IMG/VR virus record: IMGVR_UViG_3300025030_000006
Source: a virus
Length of the DNA stretch: 64,000 nt
Reading direction: 5' to 3' (one strand)
The notes below the pieces were generated by a model. It saw nothing but the letters and a program-made list of their open reading frames with translations. It was not told the DNA's origin and searched no databases. This document shows, one piece after another, positions 43,535 through 52,589 of the stretch; positions within the stretch are counted from its first letter, which is position 1; the number at the start of each line of letters is the position of its first letter. The translations under genes were made by a program, and so were the position numbers.

Positions 43535-44011
43535 ATGAGTCTATTTAAGAATCCACATGCTAATCAAAGATATTTTGAAAGAGTACATCCTGATACTGCA
43601 TCCAAGAAAGATATTGTCAAAGCATTACAACATCCAAGTAATGTTGAATATATCAAAAGACTGACCGAAGGGAGGTCAATGGTTTATATTCATCTGCCAA
43701 ATGATAATATTGTAAAAGCTATCATAAATAAAAGGAAAAAAGAAATTGTAACAATTTTGCCGTGGAAAGATATTTATAAAATTGAAATTCCCATTCATAA
43801 TTTAATAAATTATTATATTGTTGATTTTTACCCTGATTGTTTTTTAGAAACAAATAATCCATCAACTTTGAACAAAATAAAAAAATATCAATATGCAAAT
43901 TTCATGTACGAATATATTGAATACAACAATTCTGACTTTGAACCAATTATTTTAAAAGCATGGGAAAAATATGAAAAAAATAATCCTGAAAAAGAAACCA
44001 AAGAAAGTTGA
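43535..44011 (+). CDS. hypothetical protein, weak DUF4258/BrnT-like N-terminus
   Basis: AAAGGAG RBS; HANQRYFER...IVKALQ...VYIHLPNDNIVKAII...IVTILP. Confidence 0.3.
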   Translation: MSLFKNPHANQRYFERVHPDTASKKDIVKALQHPSNVEYIKRLTEGRSMVYIHLPNDNIVKAIINKRKKEIVTILPWKDIYKIEIPIHNLINYYIVDFYPDCFLETNNPSTLNKIKKYQYANFMYEYIEYNNSDFEPIILKAWEKYEKNNPEKETKES

Positions 44012-44354
44012 ATTAAAGAAAAAAGAAAATAATAAAGACAGACAACCAAGTAATGACACATATCCAAGTAAAAAGGTTGAACAATTTCATAATACACTTG
44101 ATAGAAATATAAAGTTATCAGAAGAAAGGAATAAAACTTTAGGAAAACCAGAAATTGGTAAATGGTACAATTATAAAGAAAGATTTCCCCCTAATGACTT
44201 CAACCAATGGATTGCTGTTGAATCAGAACAAGAAAATATAGAAGCACATAAATCAGCGGTTATGCTACAACATTATATTTCTGACGTTTTTTGTTGTGAT
44301 AGAAAACCAAGATACCCAAAATGGACACTAATTCCAAAACAAAAGGAGAAATAA
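43971..44354 (+). CDS. hypothetical basic protein (MKKIILKKKPKKVELKKK...)
   Basis: Overlaps upstream gene by 41 nt; weak RBS. Confidence 0.5.
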   Translation: MKKIILKKKPKKVELKKKENNKDRQPSNDTYPSKKVEQFHNTLDRNIKLSEERNKTLGKPEIGKWYNYKERFPPNDFNQWIAVESEQENIEAHKSAVMLQHYISDVFCCDRKPRYPKWTLIPKQKEK

Positions 44355-44356
44355 AA

Positions 44357-44545
44357 ATGGAATGGCCTGAAAGTTTTACTTTTGTTGGTTTATTTGCTTG
44401 CGTTGCTTTTGTAATTTTTTCCTTATCACAGTGTCAAATTAATGCAAACAATAAGGAAGCAGAAACAGTACAAAATTTTGTAAATGAGGGTTATATTCAA
44501 GAAACAGGAAGAGATGGTAAAATTTGGATTAAAAAGGAGAAATAA
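44357..44545 (+). CDS. small membrane protein
   Basis: AAAGGAGA RBS before ATG 44357; TM FTFVGLFACVAFVIFSL. Confidence 0.55.
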   Translation: MEWPESFTFVGLFACVAFVIFSLSQCQINANNKEAETVQNFVNEGYIQETGRDGKIWIKKEK

Positions 44546-44550
44546 ATAAA

Positions 44551-44790
44551 ATGGATATTAAAGATTTGAAAGACATTCCTTGCGGTAAATGTGGTTCTTT
44601 GTTTTTTACTCAAATCACCAGACTTAAATATGTATCTGCTTTACAGAATCCAGAAGGAAAAGAAAGTATTGCCAGAATGGTTGGTTTGGTTTGTACTGAT
44701 TGTGGTTGTTCTGATTCAGAATCATTTAAAGTATTTGAAGAAAAGCAAAAGGAAGAATTTGAGAGTAATATTATTCCTATTAGGAGATAA
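44551..44790 (+). CDS. zinc-ribbon protein
   Basis: AAAGGAGA RBS; CGKCG...CTDCGC. Confidence 0.6.
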   Translation: MDIKDLKDIPCGKCGSLFFTQITRLKYVSALQNPEGKESIARMVGLVCTDCGCSDSESFKVFEEKQKEEFESNIIPIRR

Positions 44791-44795
44791 ATAAA

Positions 44796-44927
44796 ATGAC
44801 TACAAATCATTACATTGGTTTGATTATTGGTATTCCATCCATTATCTGGTTTGGTTTTTGTACTAATGCAGAAACAACAGTGGCATTATTTCTCTGCCTT
44901 TTTGCAAATAATCTTTCCCAAAAATAA
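44796..44927 (+). CDS. small membrane protein (43 aa)
   Basis: AGGAGA RBS; below track cutoff. Confidence 0.45.
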   Translation: MTTNHYIGLIIGIPSIIWFGFCTNAETTVALFLCLFANNLSQK

Positions 44928-44942
44928 AAGGAGGTAAATAAC

Positions 44943-45092
44943 ATGGGTGGTCCATTTTGTTTGTGTACTGAATGCAAAGCAGAAAGAAATAAAAGATATG
45001 CAAAAGAGGAAAAAGAAAGAGAAAGAGTAGCACGAATGATATATGAAATAAAAAATCCACCTGAAGATTTTTTGGATGATATTTTGCCATGA
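44943..45092 (+). CDS. hypothetical mini-protein (49 aa)
   Basis: AAAGGAGG RBS; ATGA overlap with next gene; antisense track ORF 44863..45186 rejected. Confidence 0.5.
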   Translation: MGGPFCLCTECKAERNKRYAKEEKERERVARMIYEIKNPPEDFLDDILP

Positions 45093-46126
45093 TTAAAAAA
45101 TTATCAATAAAGGAATTTCTAATACACAAAAATAAAGAAATTGAGTTTACCAATGGAATTAATGCTATCGTTGGAGAAACTGCCAAAGGTAAAACTGCTA
45201 TTATCTATGCCTTAACCATGCTTCTTGAAAACCAACCAAGAAGTGCAGAAAAGATTTTCCATAGGAAAGGAGCAAAAACACCAATAGAAATTGAATTAGA
45301 AGATAATAAAGGAAATATCATAAAAAGAACTAAAAAGAAATATTCTTTGAATGGTGTTGCTTTCAAAGCGTTCAATAAAGAAGTCCCACAACCAATTAGA
45401 GAATTATTTCCACTTAAATCCATTAACTGGCACAATCAATTTGACCCTCATTTTCTTATTATGTCTACACCGGGAGCAGCAGCTAAGGTTCTCAGTGCTT
45501 CTACTGGATTGGAAGAACAGGAAGAAATTGTAAAAGAAATAAAAGATAGATTATCTGACTGTAAATCAGAAATAAAAAGACTACATGTTAATAACAATGA
45601 AGCTAAAGAAAGGATGAAAAAACTTAGACCTGTTGTTAAACACTTAATGCAAGCTAGGTCTATTAAATCAAAACAAGGCGAATTAGATAAAATTCAAGTG
45701 GAAATGGAGGAAATAGAAACTTTAGTTGTTAAATCTAATGAAATTGAGAAAAAAATCAGAAAATACAATATAGAACAATATTTGTCAGATATAACCAAAA
45801 CCATTGATTTACTGAAAGAACTTGAAAAAGTTGCAGAAGAACATGAACTTTTAGTTGACATTTTGGGTCATCTGAAAGACACTGAAGCCGTTATTCCTGT
45901 TGAACGTATTTCTTATTTTATAGGAGAAATAAACAACATCAATAAACTACTCCCCGCCCTATCAAACGATGAATCTTCCTATAATGCTATTCAGCAAATC
46001 CTAGATACACTCCAAAATTTTGATAATGATTTAAAAAATAATGAAAAAGAAATAAAGGAAAAAGAAAAAGAATTTAATAGTCTGGTGAAAGAATTAGGTG
46101 TTTGTGAAAATTGTCCATTATTCTAA
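45089..46126 (+). CDS. sbcC: Rad50/SbcC-like ATPase, N-terminal head, ascending coiled coil and zinc hook
   Basis: Walker A GETAKGKT near N-terminus, about 200 aa coiled coil, ends GVCENCPLF (CxxC hook). Confidence 0.65.
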   Translation: MIKKLSIKEFLIHKNKEIEFTNGINAIVGETAKGKTAIIYALTMLLENQPRSAEKIFHRKGAKTPIEIELEDNKGNIIKRTKKKYSLNGVAFKAFNKEVPQPIRELFPLKSINWHNQFDPHFLIMSTPGAAAKVLSASTGLEEQEEIVKEIKDRLSDCKSEIKRLHVNNNEAKERMKKLRPVVKHLMQARSIKSKQGELDKIQVEMEEIETLVVKSNEIEKKIRKYNIEQYLSDITKTIDLLKELEKVAEEHELLVDILGHLKDTEAVIPVERISYFIGEINNINKLLPALSNDESSYNAIQQILDTLQNFDNDLKNNEKEIKEKEKEFNSLVKELGVCENCPLF

Positions 46127-46142
46127 AAAGGAGATATTTTAA

Positions 46143-46286
46143 ATGGAGGATAGTACAATTGTAACCTATTATGTTTATTGTTATGACTGTGGTAAAACTT
46201 TTCCAGCAGAACAATTGGTTGAGGACAAATTAGGAAATACCAAATGTGCTCATTGCGGCAGTACAAAACATACAGAAAATGATTAA
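46143..46286 (+). CDS. zinc-ribbon mini-protein (47 aa)
   Basis: AAAGGAGA RBS; CYDCG...CAHCG. Confidence 0.5.
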   Translation: MEDSTIVTYYVYCYDCGKTFPAEQLVEDKLGNTKCAHCGSTKHTEND

Positions 46287-46288
46287 TT

Positions 46289-47209
46289 ATGTTAATTCTT
46301 ATTTGTGGTGACTTCCATATAACGGGTAAAAACCCAATAAGCCGATTGGATGATTTAACTGAGACACAATTTTTAAAATTAAATGAGATTAAAGATTTTG
46401 CAAATAAACATAATTGCCCCATTGTTTCTGTTGGTGATTTTTTTCACGTTCCTATAATTGCTAATAGTATTCTTAATAGAGTTGGAGAAATTTTAAATCA
46501 ATTAGATAACCCTTGGTATACTTGTTGGGGCAATCATGACACACTTTATCATTCAGTTGAGTTAGCCAATCGTACAAGTCTTGGGGTATTATTGACAAAT
46601 CATCCAAAGATAAAACATATAACAAAGTTTAAAAATGATTATGGCGTTTCCTTCGATTATACCGATTGGGATACACCAACAAAGGAAAATAATTCAAAGT
46701 TTCTTTTATCTCATAAGGCTATAATTTCTGAAAAACAATCCAAGTCAAATTTCTGGATTGAGAAAGATGAAACCTTTGCAAAACAAGTTGGAAAATGGTC
46801 TGACAAATATAAAATAATTATATGTGGACATTGGCATATCTCATACCGTTTCAAACACAATAAAACACTGATAATCAATAGTGGTCCAATTAATCGCTTG
46901 ACCATAGAAGATAATCTGCAACCATCTGTTGTTTTACTTAATTTAGAAACAGGTATTTTTAAAAGACACTACTTAGAATCTGCAAAACCATTCGATGAAA
47001 TCATCTCTGCCAAACATATTATCAGAAAGGAGAATAATTCAGAAAATATTAAAAAGTTTATTTCCGCAATTAATAAAAAAAGAAGTAATTATGATTCAGC
47101 ATTTATGGATTATTTAATGGAAATTGTTGATAACCATGAGTTAGATAAAGACATGGAGGAATTATTGGTTAATATTCTAGCTAAAACAAAAGAAAGGAAA
47201 AACAAATGA
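46289..47209 (+). CDS. sbcD: Mre11/SbcD-like metallophosphoesterase nuclease
   Basis: ICGDFH, VGDFFH, WGNHD, ICGHWH calcineurin-like motifs in canonical order. Confidence 0.7.
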   Translation: MLILICGDFHITGKNPISRLDDLTETQFLKLNEIKDFANKHNCPIVSVGDFFHVPIIANSILNRVGEILNQLDNPWYTCWGNHDTLYHSVELANRTSLGVLLTNHPKIKHITKFKNDYGVSFDYTDWDTPTKENNSKFLLSHKAIISEKQSKSNFWIEKDETFAKQVGKWSDKYKIIICGHWHISYRFKHNKTLIINSGPINRLTIEDNLQPSVVLLNLETGIFKRHYLESAKPFDEIISAKHIIRKENNSENIKKFISAINKKRSNYDSAFMDYLMEIVDNHELDKDMEELLVNILAKTKERKNK

Positions 47210-47478
47210 ATGATGGAAACAACAGTAGAAGATTTAAAGTAATGACAATTTCAAACGAAAACATGCTTAAACTTATGACAGGAGAAATACGAATTAAGAA
47301 TATTCCAGAATATACAAAACTGCGTGAGGCTTTTCCTAGGGATTTTTCAAGGTGTTGGGGAATAGTTATTGAACATCCTAGTTTTCCAGAAGTACCATTA
47401 GGAATGGAATGTGAAAGTTTTGTTCTTGAGATTGAAGAAACTGGAAAAAGAAATGGAAGAAAACTTTACTTTGACTAA
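47206..47478 (+). CDS. hypothetical protein
   Basis: AAAGGAAA RBS, ATGA overlap. Confidence 0.6.
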   Translation: MNDGNNSRRFKVMTISNENMLKLMTGEIRIKNIPEYTKLREAFPRDFSRCWGIVIEHPSFPEVPLGMECESFVLEIEETGKRNGRKLYFD

Positions 47479-47516
47479 TTGCTAAAATAAATAATTAAAA
47501 AGGAGAAATTGTTACA

Positions 47517-48239
47517 ATGAAAGTCATCGAACCATCTTTTGAAATTATTGAAGGATTATCCTATCAACAAATGCTTCAAATTGTTGAAGGTGCTTATCGT
47601 ATCTGTTATGCTTCAGAACCTAAAGGAGATTCCGAAGAATTTATTCGTTCCAAAATGAAATTGAAACATTATAGCCCATTGGAGCATTGCTCAATTACCG
47701 TTGATTTTTCTTTTGACCGAGGAATAAGCCACGAAGTAGTCAGACACCGCTTAGCAGCATTTTCACAATCAAGTACACGTTATTGCAATTTTTCCAAAGA
47801 TAAATTTGGAAAAGAAATTACTGTAATAAATCCCTTCTTTTTTAATCCCTCTGATAAAACCAAAGATATAGCACTTCCATTTCCTGTATTTTATGAAGAA
47901 AACACTTCATGGAATTTAATTGATGATACTGGTTGTGATATTTGCACTCTGAATAAATTTGATGTTTGGTATATTGCTTGTCTTTATTCTGAATGGGCAT
48001 ATTTGACCTTATTGGAAATGGGTGCTAACCCTCAAGAAGCACGTTCCGTATTACCTAATTCCCTTGCTACAAAAATAAGAGTTACTGCAAACATTCGTGA
48101 ATGGATTCATATTCTTAATTTAAGAGCAATTGGGACTACAGGCAAACCACATCCACAGATGGTTGAAGTAATGGTGCCTCTACTTAATCAACTCAAAAAA
48201 GATTACCCTGTATTCTTTGAAGACTTAATTGTGAATTAA
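47517..48239 (+). CDS. thyX: flavin-dependent thymidylate synthase ThyX
   Basis: ThyX signature RHRLAAFSQSSTRY. Confidence 0.85.
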   Translation: MKVIEPSFEIIEGLSYQQMLQIVEGAYRICYASEPKGDSEEFIRSKMKLKHYSPLEHCSITVDFSFDRGISHEVVRHRLAAFSQSSTRYCNFSKDKFGKEITVINPFFFNPSDKTKDIALPFPVFYEENTSWNLIDDTGCDICTLNKFDVWYIACLYSEWAYLTLLEMGANPQEARSVLPNSLATKIRVTANIREWIHILNLRAIGTTGKPHPQMVEVMVPLLNQLKKDYPVFFEDLIVN

Positions 48240-48293
48240 TAATAAAATCATATTATTAATTCTTGTATTTCTTTGGATTATGGAGTACCATAT

Positions 48294-48557
48294 ATGGGAA
48301 TAAATACTATTAAAGAGAGAAAAAGATTAGAAAATATCAAAGAACAATTAGAAAAATTGAAAGAAAAGCAAAGGGAAACAGAAGCAGAAAAGAAAATGCT
48401 AATGAAGAAGTTAAAAGATGATTATGGGTGTTCTAACATAAAAGAAGCTGAAACACTGTTGGAAGAACTGGAAGAAGAAAAGGAAGAAAAAGAAAAAGAA
48501 ATAAATAAAAGAAATGAAAAACTGATTAGTGATATGAAAGCTGAAGGACTGATGTAA
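48294..48557 (+). CDS. coiled-coil protein, candidate descending coiled-coil piece of the split Rad50
   Basis: GGAG RBS before ATG 48294; almost pure Lys/Glu heptads; its stop overlaps the start of the C-terminal ATPase gene. Confidence 0.45.
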   Translation: MGINTIKERKRLENIKEQLEKLKEKQRETEAEKKMLMKKLKDDYGCSNIKEAETLLEELEEEKEEKEKEINKRNEKLISDMKAEGLM

Positions 48558-49129
48558 TGGATATAAATAGAACTATTAAATTATTGGAGGCAAAAAATAC
48601 TGAATTAAATATTGCCATAGATACCTATACAAAAACGAATGAACAGATAAGAAAGGAAAAAGATAATCTACTAAAACTTGATAAATTAAAAAACCTGATA
48701 ATTGATGTTGGTCAAAAAAGTCAAAAAGATATTGTTGAATATATTACGTCAACTGTTGGTCTTGCCATTAAAGGAATATTTGGGGAGGAATATGATTTTA
48801 AAATTGAATTTGAAATAAAGCGGGACCAGACAGAATGTAAGTTCTTTGTTGAAAAGGATGGATTGTTATTGGAGCCACGTTTAAATGTGCAGGGAGGAGG
48901 TATTGCCGATGTAGTAGCTTTTGCAATGCACATTCTGATTTTAACTTTGGAAAAAACACCACCGATATTAATAATGGATGAGCCGCAATTTAAAAATGTT
49001 TCAAAAGAACATCTGGATAAAGTTGCAGAAATGGTAAAAAATTTAATTTCATCTATGAATATACAATTAATTATGGTTACACATATTTCAGAAATGATAG
49101 ATATAGCCGATAATATTATTGAGATTTAA
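48557..49129 (+). CDS. sbcC: Rad50/SbcC-like ATPase, C-terminal head
   Basis: Signature-like QGGGIAD, Walker B ILIMDEP, H-loop MVTHIS. Confidence 0.6.
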   Translation: MDINRTIKLLEAKNTELNIAIDTYTKTNEQIRKEKDNLLKLDKLKNLIIDVGQKSQKDIVEYITSTVGLAIKGIFGEEYDFKIEFEIKRDQTECKFFVEKDGLLLEPRLNVQGGGIADVVAFAMHILILTLEKTPPILIMDEPQFKNVSKEHLDKVAEMVKNLISSMNIQLIMVTHISEMIDIADNIIEI

Positions 49130-49145
49130 AAAGGAGAATAGTACA

Positions 49146-49463
49146 ATGAAACCAATTGAATTTCCTGAACAAACAGGTGTTTATGCCAAAGACCCTGAAC
49201 AAACAGGTGTTTATGCCAAAGACCAACCCGAATATATTCCTCTACCAGTTTACAAAAATGATGAGGGGCAACTGATTTCCTGTTGGCAATTAACTTGGAA
49301 AGAAAGATTTAAAATTCTATTCGTTGGTAAATTGTGGCTAAGTGTTTTGACATTTCATAAACCTTTGCAACCTTTATTGCCTCAAGTGGAATATCCTTTT
49401 ATTAAAACAAAAAGCATTACTAAATCTGTTATGTCTCTTTTTAAAAAGGAAGAAAACAAATGA
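49146..49463 (+). CDS. hypothetical protein containing a perfect 10-aa duplication
   Basis: AAAGGAGA RBS before ATG 49146; PEQTGVYAKD x2. Confidence 0.6.
   Translation: MKPIEFPEQTGVYAKDPEQTGVYAKDQPEYIPLPVYKNDEGQLISCWQLTWKERFKILFVGKLWLSVLTFHKPLQPLLPQVEYPFIKTKSITKSVMSLFKKEENK
49164..49223 (+). repeat. perfect 30-bp tandem duplication
   Basis: CCTGAACAAACAGGTGTTTATGCCAAAGAC x2, in frame. Confidence 0.95.
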
Positions 49464-50209
49464 GAATTTATAAGGAGAAATACAAAAAGGAAATTTATTA
49501 CAATGCAGTATTAACCCATGAATTATACGATAAGATTCAAGTTGCTGATATTTTTACTAGTGCTAATCCAATGACATTAAATTCTATTATTAATTTCTTT
49601 TCCAGTCTTAGAAGTTCTGACAAAGAATCGGAACATTCTCATTCAGGATTTTTCACTAATTTAAAAGGAATATCTTTTGAAATAGATTGGAAAGCAGGAT
49701 GTTTTAATTTTGCAGAGAAATATGAGGGAAAGAAAGTTCTTATTGGTCGTTTCCTTGATACCAATAATATTGAGTGCGAAAAGGCCAGTGAAAAAATAAT
49801 TGAAAAATACAAAGGTCAAATTTATCCTGTTCATCGTCTTATTCTTCACGCTTTAAATGTGGCACATATTATTCACTGGCAATCGGTTGTTTGTAGTGAG
49901 GCAACAGCAGAATTACTTTTTAAATTGGGTGGCTGGTCATTTAAAACTCATGGTGTTAGTCCCGATAATATTGCTGATTCCATAAAAAGGGATTTAAGTA
50001 AAACCAGAAAAGGACCAAAGTTTGATATTATTTTTGAAGGTGTGATGCCAATAAATATTTTTAAACAGTGTGTTTGTTGTTCCATTAATTTTCTTGTACC
50101 CGTTGATTCTGTTGATTGTCCTCTTTGCAAAGAAAAACGTGCATTATCTCCTTATGCAATTTCAAAAAATATGATTGATTATAACAAAGCAAAGGGAGTA
50201 AACATTTAA
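49460..50209 (+). CDS. YiiX/C92-like permuted papain-fold protein with C-terminal zinc ribbon (candidate)
   Basis: SEHSHSGFF and VVCSEATAELLFKLG resemble sHvGi / yCSElv motifs; CVCC...CPLC tail. Confidence 0.35.
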   Translation: MRIYKEKYKKEIYYNAVLTHELYDKIQVADIFTSANPMTLNSIINFFSSLRSSDKESEHSHSGFFTNLKGISFEIDWKAGCFNFAEKYEGKKVLIGRFLDTNNIECEKASEKIIEKYKGQIYPVHRLILHALNVAHIIHWQSVVCSEATAELLFKLGGWSFKTHGVSPDNIADSIKRDLSKTRKGPKFDIIFEGVMPINIFKQCVCCSINFLVPVDSVDCPLCKEKRALSPYAISKNMIDYNKAKGVNI

Positions 50210-50277
50210 TTCAATTTATCTATAACCAATAGGAAGGAATCGTATTTTATTGACTCTTTTTGTGAAGGGATAAACAA

Positions 50278-50577
50278 ATGCTGTGTGAAAGGTATCATTG
50301 CCAGCTTTCAACAGAAATATGTTTAAAAAGGCAAGAAAAGGCTAAATCACAATCAGAATCACTGTCCTTCTGTGAGTCATTAATTTTCTGCAATAAATGT
50401 GAACAAGGTTCTAAAATATCAATAAAGGAAAACAAAATATATGATTTAGATATTTTTAAATTAAAGAAAAAAACCATTAAAGATTTAATTTGTAGAAAAG
50501 ATTTTAGAATGTTCAAAATTAAACGGGTGGAATTGAAAAGGAAACCTAAACGAATTCAATTGAAAAGGAGAAGATGA
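50278..50577 (+). CDS. Cys-rich protein with basic C-terminal repeats (RVELKRKPKRIQLKRRR)
   Basis: AAGGGA RBS. Confidence 0.6.
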   Translation: MLCERYHCQLSTEICLKRQEKAKSQSESLSFCESLIFCNKCEQGSKISIKENKIYDLDIFKLKKKTIKDLICRKDFRMFKIKRVELKRKPKRIQLKRRR

Positions 50578-50578
50578 A

Positions 50579-51169
50579 ATGGCTTATCTGGAAAAAGAAA
50601 ATTTAAGGAGTGTATTACAAGACAAAGGAATCCTTCAGGAAGCCAACAGAACCTTCTTTCACCCTCTTGGATTGGCATTAACCATTATTTATTTTGAACA
50701 AACAGAAAGAACAGAGCTGAAATTGCAATATACAGAACACGAAGAGGGTTTTGTATTTGATTCGTTGGATAAAATTAAAAGAGATATTTTCAGGGATTTT
50801 GCCAATGACAAGTATGAAAAACGGCAGGATTATTTGGGTTTCCTGATTCAAATTCAGGATATGCTTGATAATGATATTAATGTAAAAAGAAAAACAAATA
50901 TTAAAACAGACAGAATGGAAATCATTTTTAAATACTTGAAAGAATTTATTTTTTCCATGCAGTTTCGTTTTATGAAAGAGCACCAGAGTAAAGACTTTGA
51001 TAATTCCTTTTTGTCAAAAGAAGATTTGATTACTAAACTTAATGTTAATATGATTCGTGAAGATTGGGCAAGCGTTGCGAATTATGCCATGATTATTAAT
51101 TGTTATGACAAATTGGAAAAGGAAATATCAGAACTTGTTATGGAAGAAGAGGTAATTGAAAATGATTAA
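50579..51169 (+). CDS. hypothetical protein
   Basis: AAAGGAGA RBS. Confidence 0.65.
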   Translation: MAYLEKENLRSVLQDKGILQEANRTFFHPLGLALTIIYFEQTERTELKLQYTEHEEGFVFDSLDKIKRDIFRDFANDKYEKRQDYLGFLIQIQDMLDNDINVKRKTNIKTDRMEIIFKYLKEFIFSMQFRFMKEHQSKDFDNSFLSKEDLITKLNVNMIREDWASVANYAMIINCYDKLEKEISELVMEEEVIEND

Positions 51170-51659
51170 AATGAAATTAAAGAAAAAAAGTAATGGGCCA
51201 ATATTATCAGACCAAGAACTATCAGAGTTAAAGCAACATGACGTTACTTATAATAGAGCACTGATAAAAAACAATGTCTTACCTATTGGTCCTTTTACAC
51301 GTTCTGATTTTCCTTTGTTAAAAGGAGAAAAGAAAAACAAAGAATTTTATATACGAATTGACCTTTATACCATTGACCGTTATTTTATTGACTCTTTAAC
51401 AAGAAAAAGAACCAAAGAGACTTTATTCTACCCCAACAGTACTTTTAGAAAAGAATATGATGAAGTAAAGGGAAAAGGAAAAGATTGTGATGGTTATATT
51501 TTTAAATTATATGAAAAATTGAAAGTTGATGGTCTTGGAACTTTGACTTTGGGAATTAAAAGAATTTCAGTTCAAAAAATGCAATTGAAAAGAAAAGAAA
51601 AACCTAAAAAATTAGTATTGAAAAAGAAATCTAAAAAATTACTATTGAGGAAAAAATGA
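51156..51659 (+). CDS. hypothetical protein with basic N- and C-terminal h-x-L-K-K-K repeats
   Basis: GAGG RBS; C-terminus MQLKRKEKPKKLVLKKKSKKLLLRKK. Confidence 0.6.
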   Translation: MKMIKMKLKKKSNGPILSDQELSELKQHDVTYNRALIKNNVLPIGPFTRSDFPLLKGEKKNKEFYIRIDLYTIDRYFIDSLTRKRTKETLFYPNSTFRKEYDEVKGKGKDCDGYIFKLYEKLKVDGLGTLTLGIKRISVQKMQLKRKEKPKKLVLKKKSKKLLLRKK

Positions 51660-52564
51660 AACGAATAATATTAAAAAGGAAGATACCTAAACGAGAAGAA
51701 AGAACGAGAACTCTAGTAGTGGACGGTAAATGGTTTGCATATAAAAGTCGATTTTCTCAGGGGCAATCTTTTTTAACTCATAATGATGTTAAAACGGGAG
51801 TCTACTATGGTTTCTTCAGTTCTATTCTTTCCCTTGCAAAAAAACTAAATACCAATAAAACAATAATTTGTTGGGATATTGGTGATGAATCAAAAAGAAG
51901 AAATGTTTATCCTGATTATAAAAGAAAAAGAAACACAAAACCACTGACTCAATTTGAATTAGATTTAAATAAACAATTTAAAGAAGAATATTTAAATTTG
52001 GTTGAATACTGTAAAGAAATAGGTTTTGGTGGTAATTATATTTTGGGTTATGAAAGTGATGATTTAATGGCAGCTTATTGTTTACAAAATCCAAACGAAG
52101 AAATATTTTTGGCAACAAAAGATGAGGATATGTATCAATGTTTAAATGACCATGTAACTATTTACAATAATGACGATAAAATTAAAAAAACTGATAAATG
52201 GTTTCAAAAGGAATATGGAATTGACCCTTTGGATTGGAATATGGTGAAAGCAATAAGTGGTTGTTCAAGTGACAATGTAAAAGGAATAGAGGGCATTGGT
52301 GAAAAAACAGCATTAAAATATCTAAGAGAGGAATGTAGTGAAAAACAATTACAAAAAATAAAAGATAATTGGAAAACTGTAGAAGAATGTTTAGCCGTTG
52401 TAACTCTGCCTCATCCTGATTTGCAAAATGATTTTATATTTGGGTTTACTCAAAGTAATATTGATGTGGATAAATTTATCAGTTGGTGTCAACGCTTTGG
52501 AATGAAAGATTTTTTAAATAATATTTCAGATTTTAAACTATATTTCACTAAAAATAAAATGTAA
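51656..52564 (+). CDS. 5'-3' exonuclease / flap endonuclease (PIN-like plus H3TH)
   Basis: LVVDGKWFAY, YKRKR, GYESDDLMA, TKDEDMYQ, ISGCSSDNVKGIEGIGEKTALKYL. Confidence 0.8.
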   Translation: MKRIILKRKIPKREERTRTLVVDGKWFAYKSRFSQGQSFLTHNDVKTGVYYGFFSSILSLAKKLNTNKTIICWDIGDESKRRNVYPDYKRKRNTKPLTQFELDLNKQFKEEYLNLVEYCKEIGFGGNYILGYESDDLMAAYCLQNPNEEIFLATKDEDMYQCLNDHVTIYNNDDKIKKTDKWFQKEYGIDPLDWNMVKAISGCSSDNVKGIEGIGEKTALKYLREECSEKQLQKIKDNWKTVEECLAVVTLPHPDLQNDFIFGFTQSNIDVDKFISWCQRFGMKDFLNNISDFKLYFTKNKM

Positions 52565-52589
52565 TTAATTTATCTTGGAGGTAAGAAGA

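Noticed and set aside
50243-51399. 17-nt identity TATTTTATTGACTCTTT at 50243 and 51383
   Set aside because: One copy is intergenic and the other is coding. The match is short and AT-rich with no associated structure, so it is likely chance.
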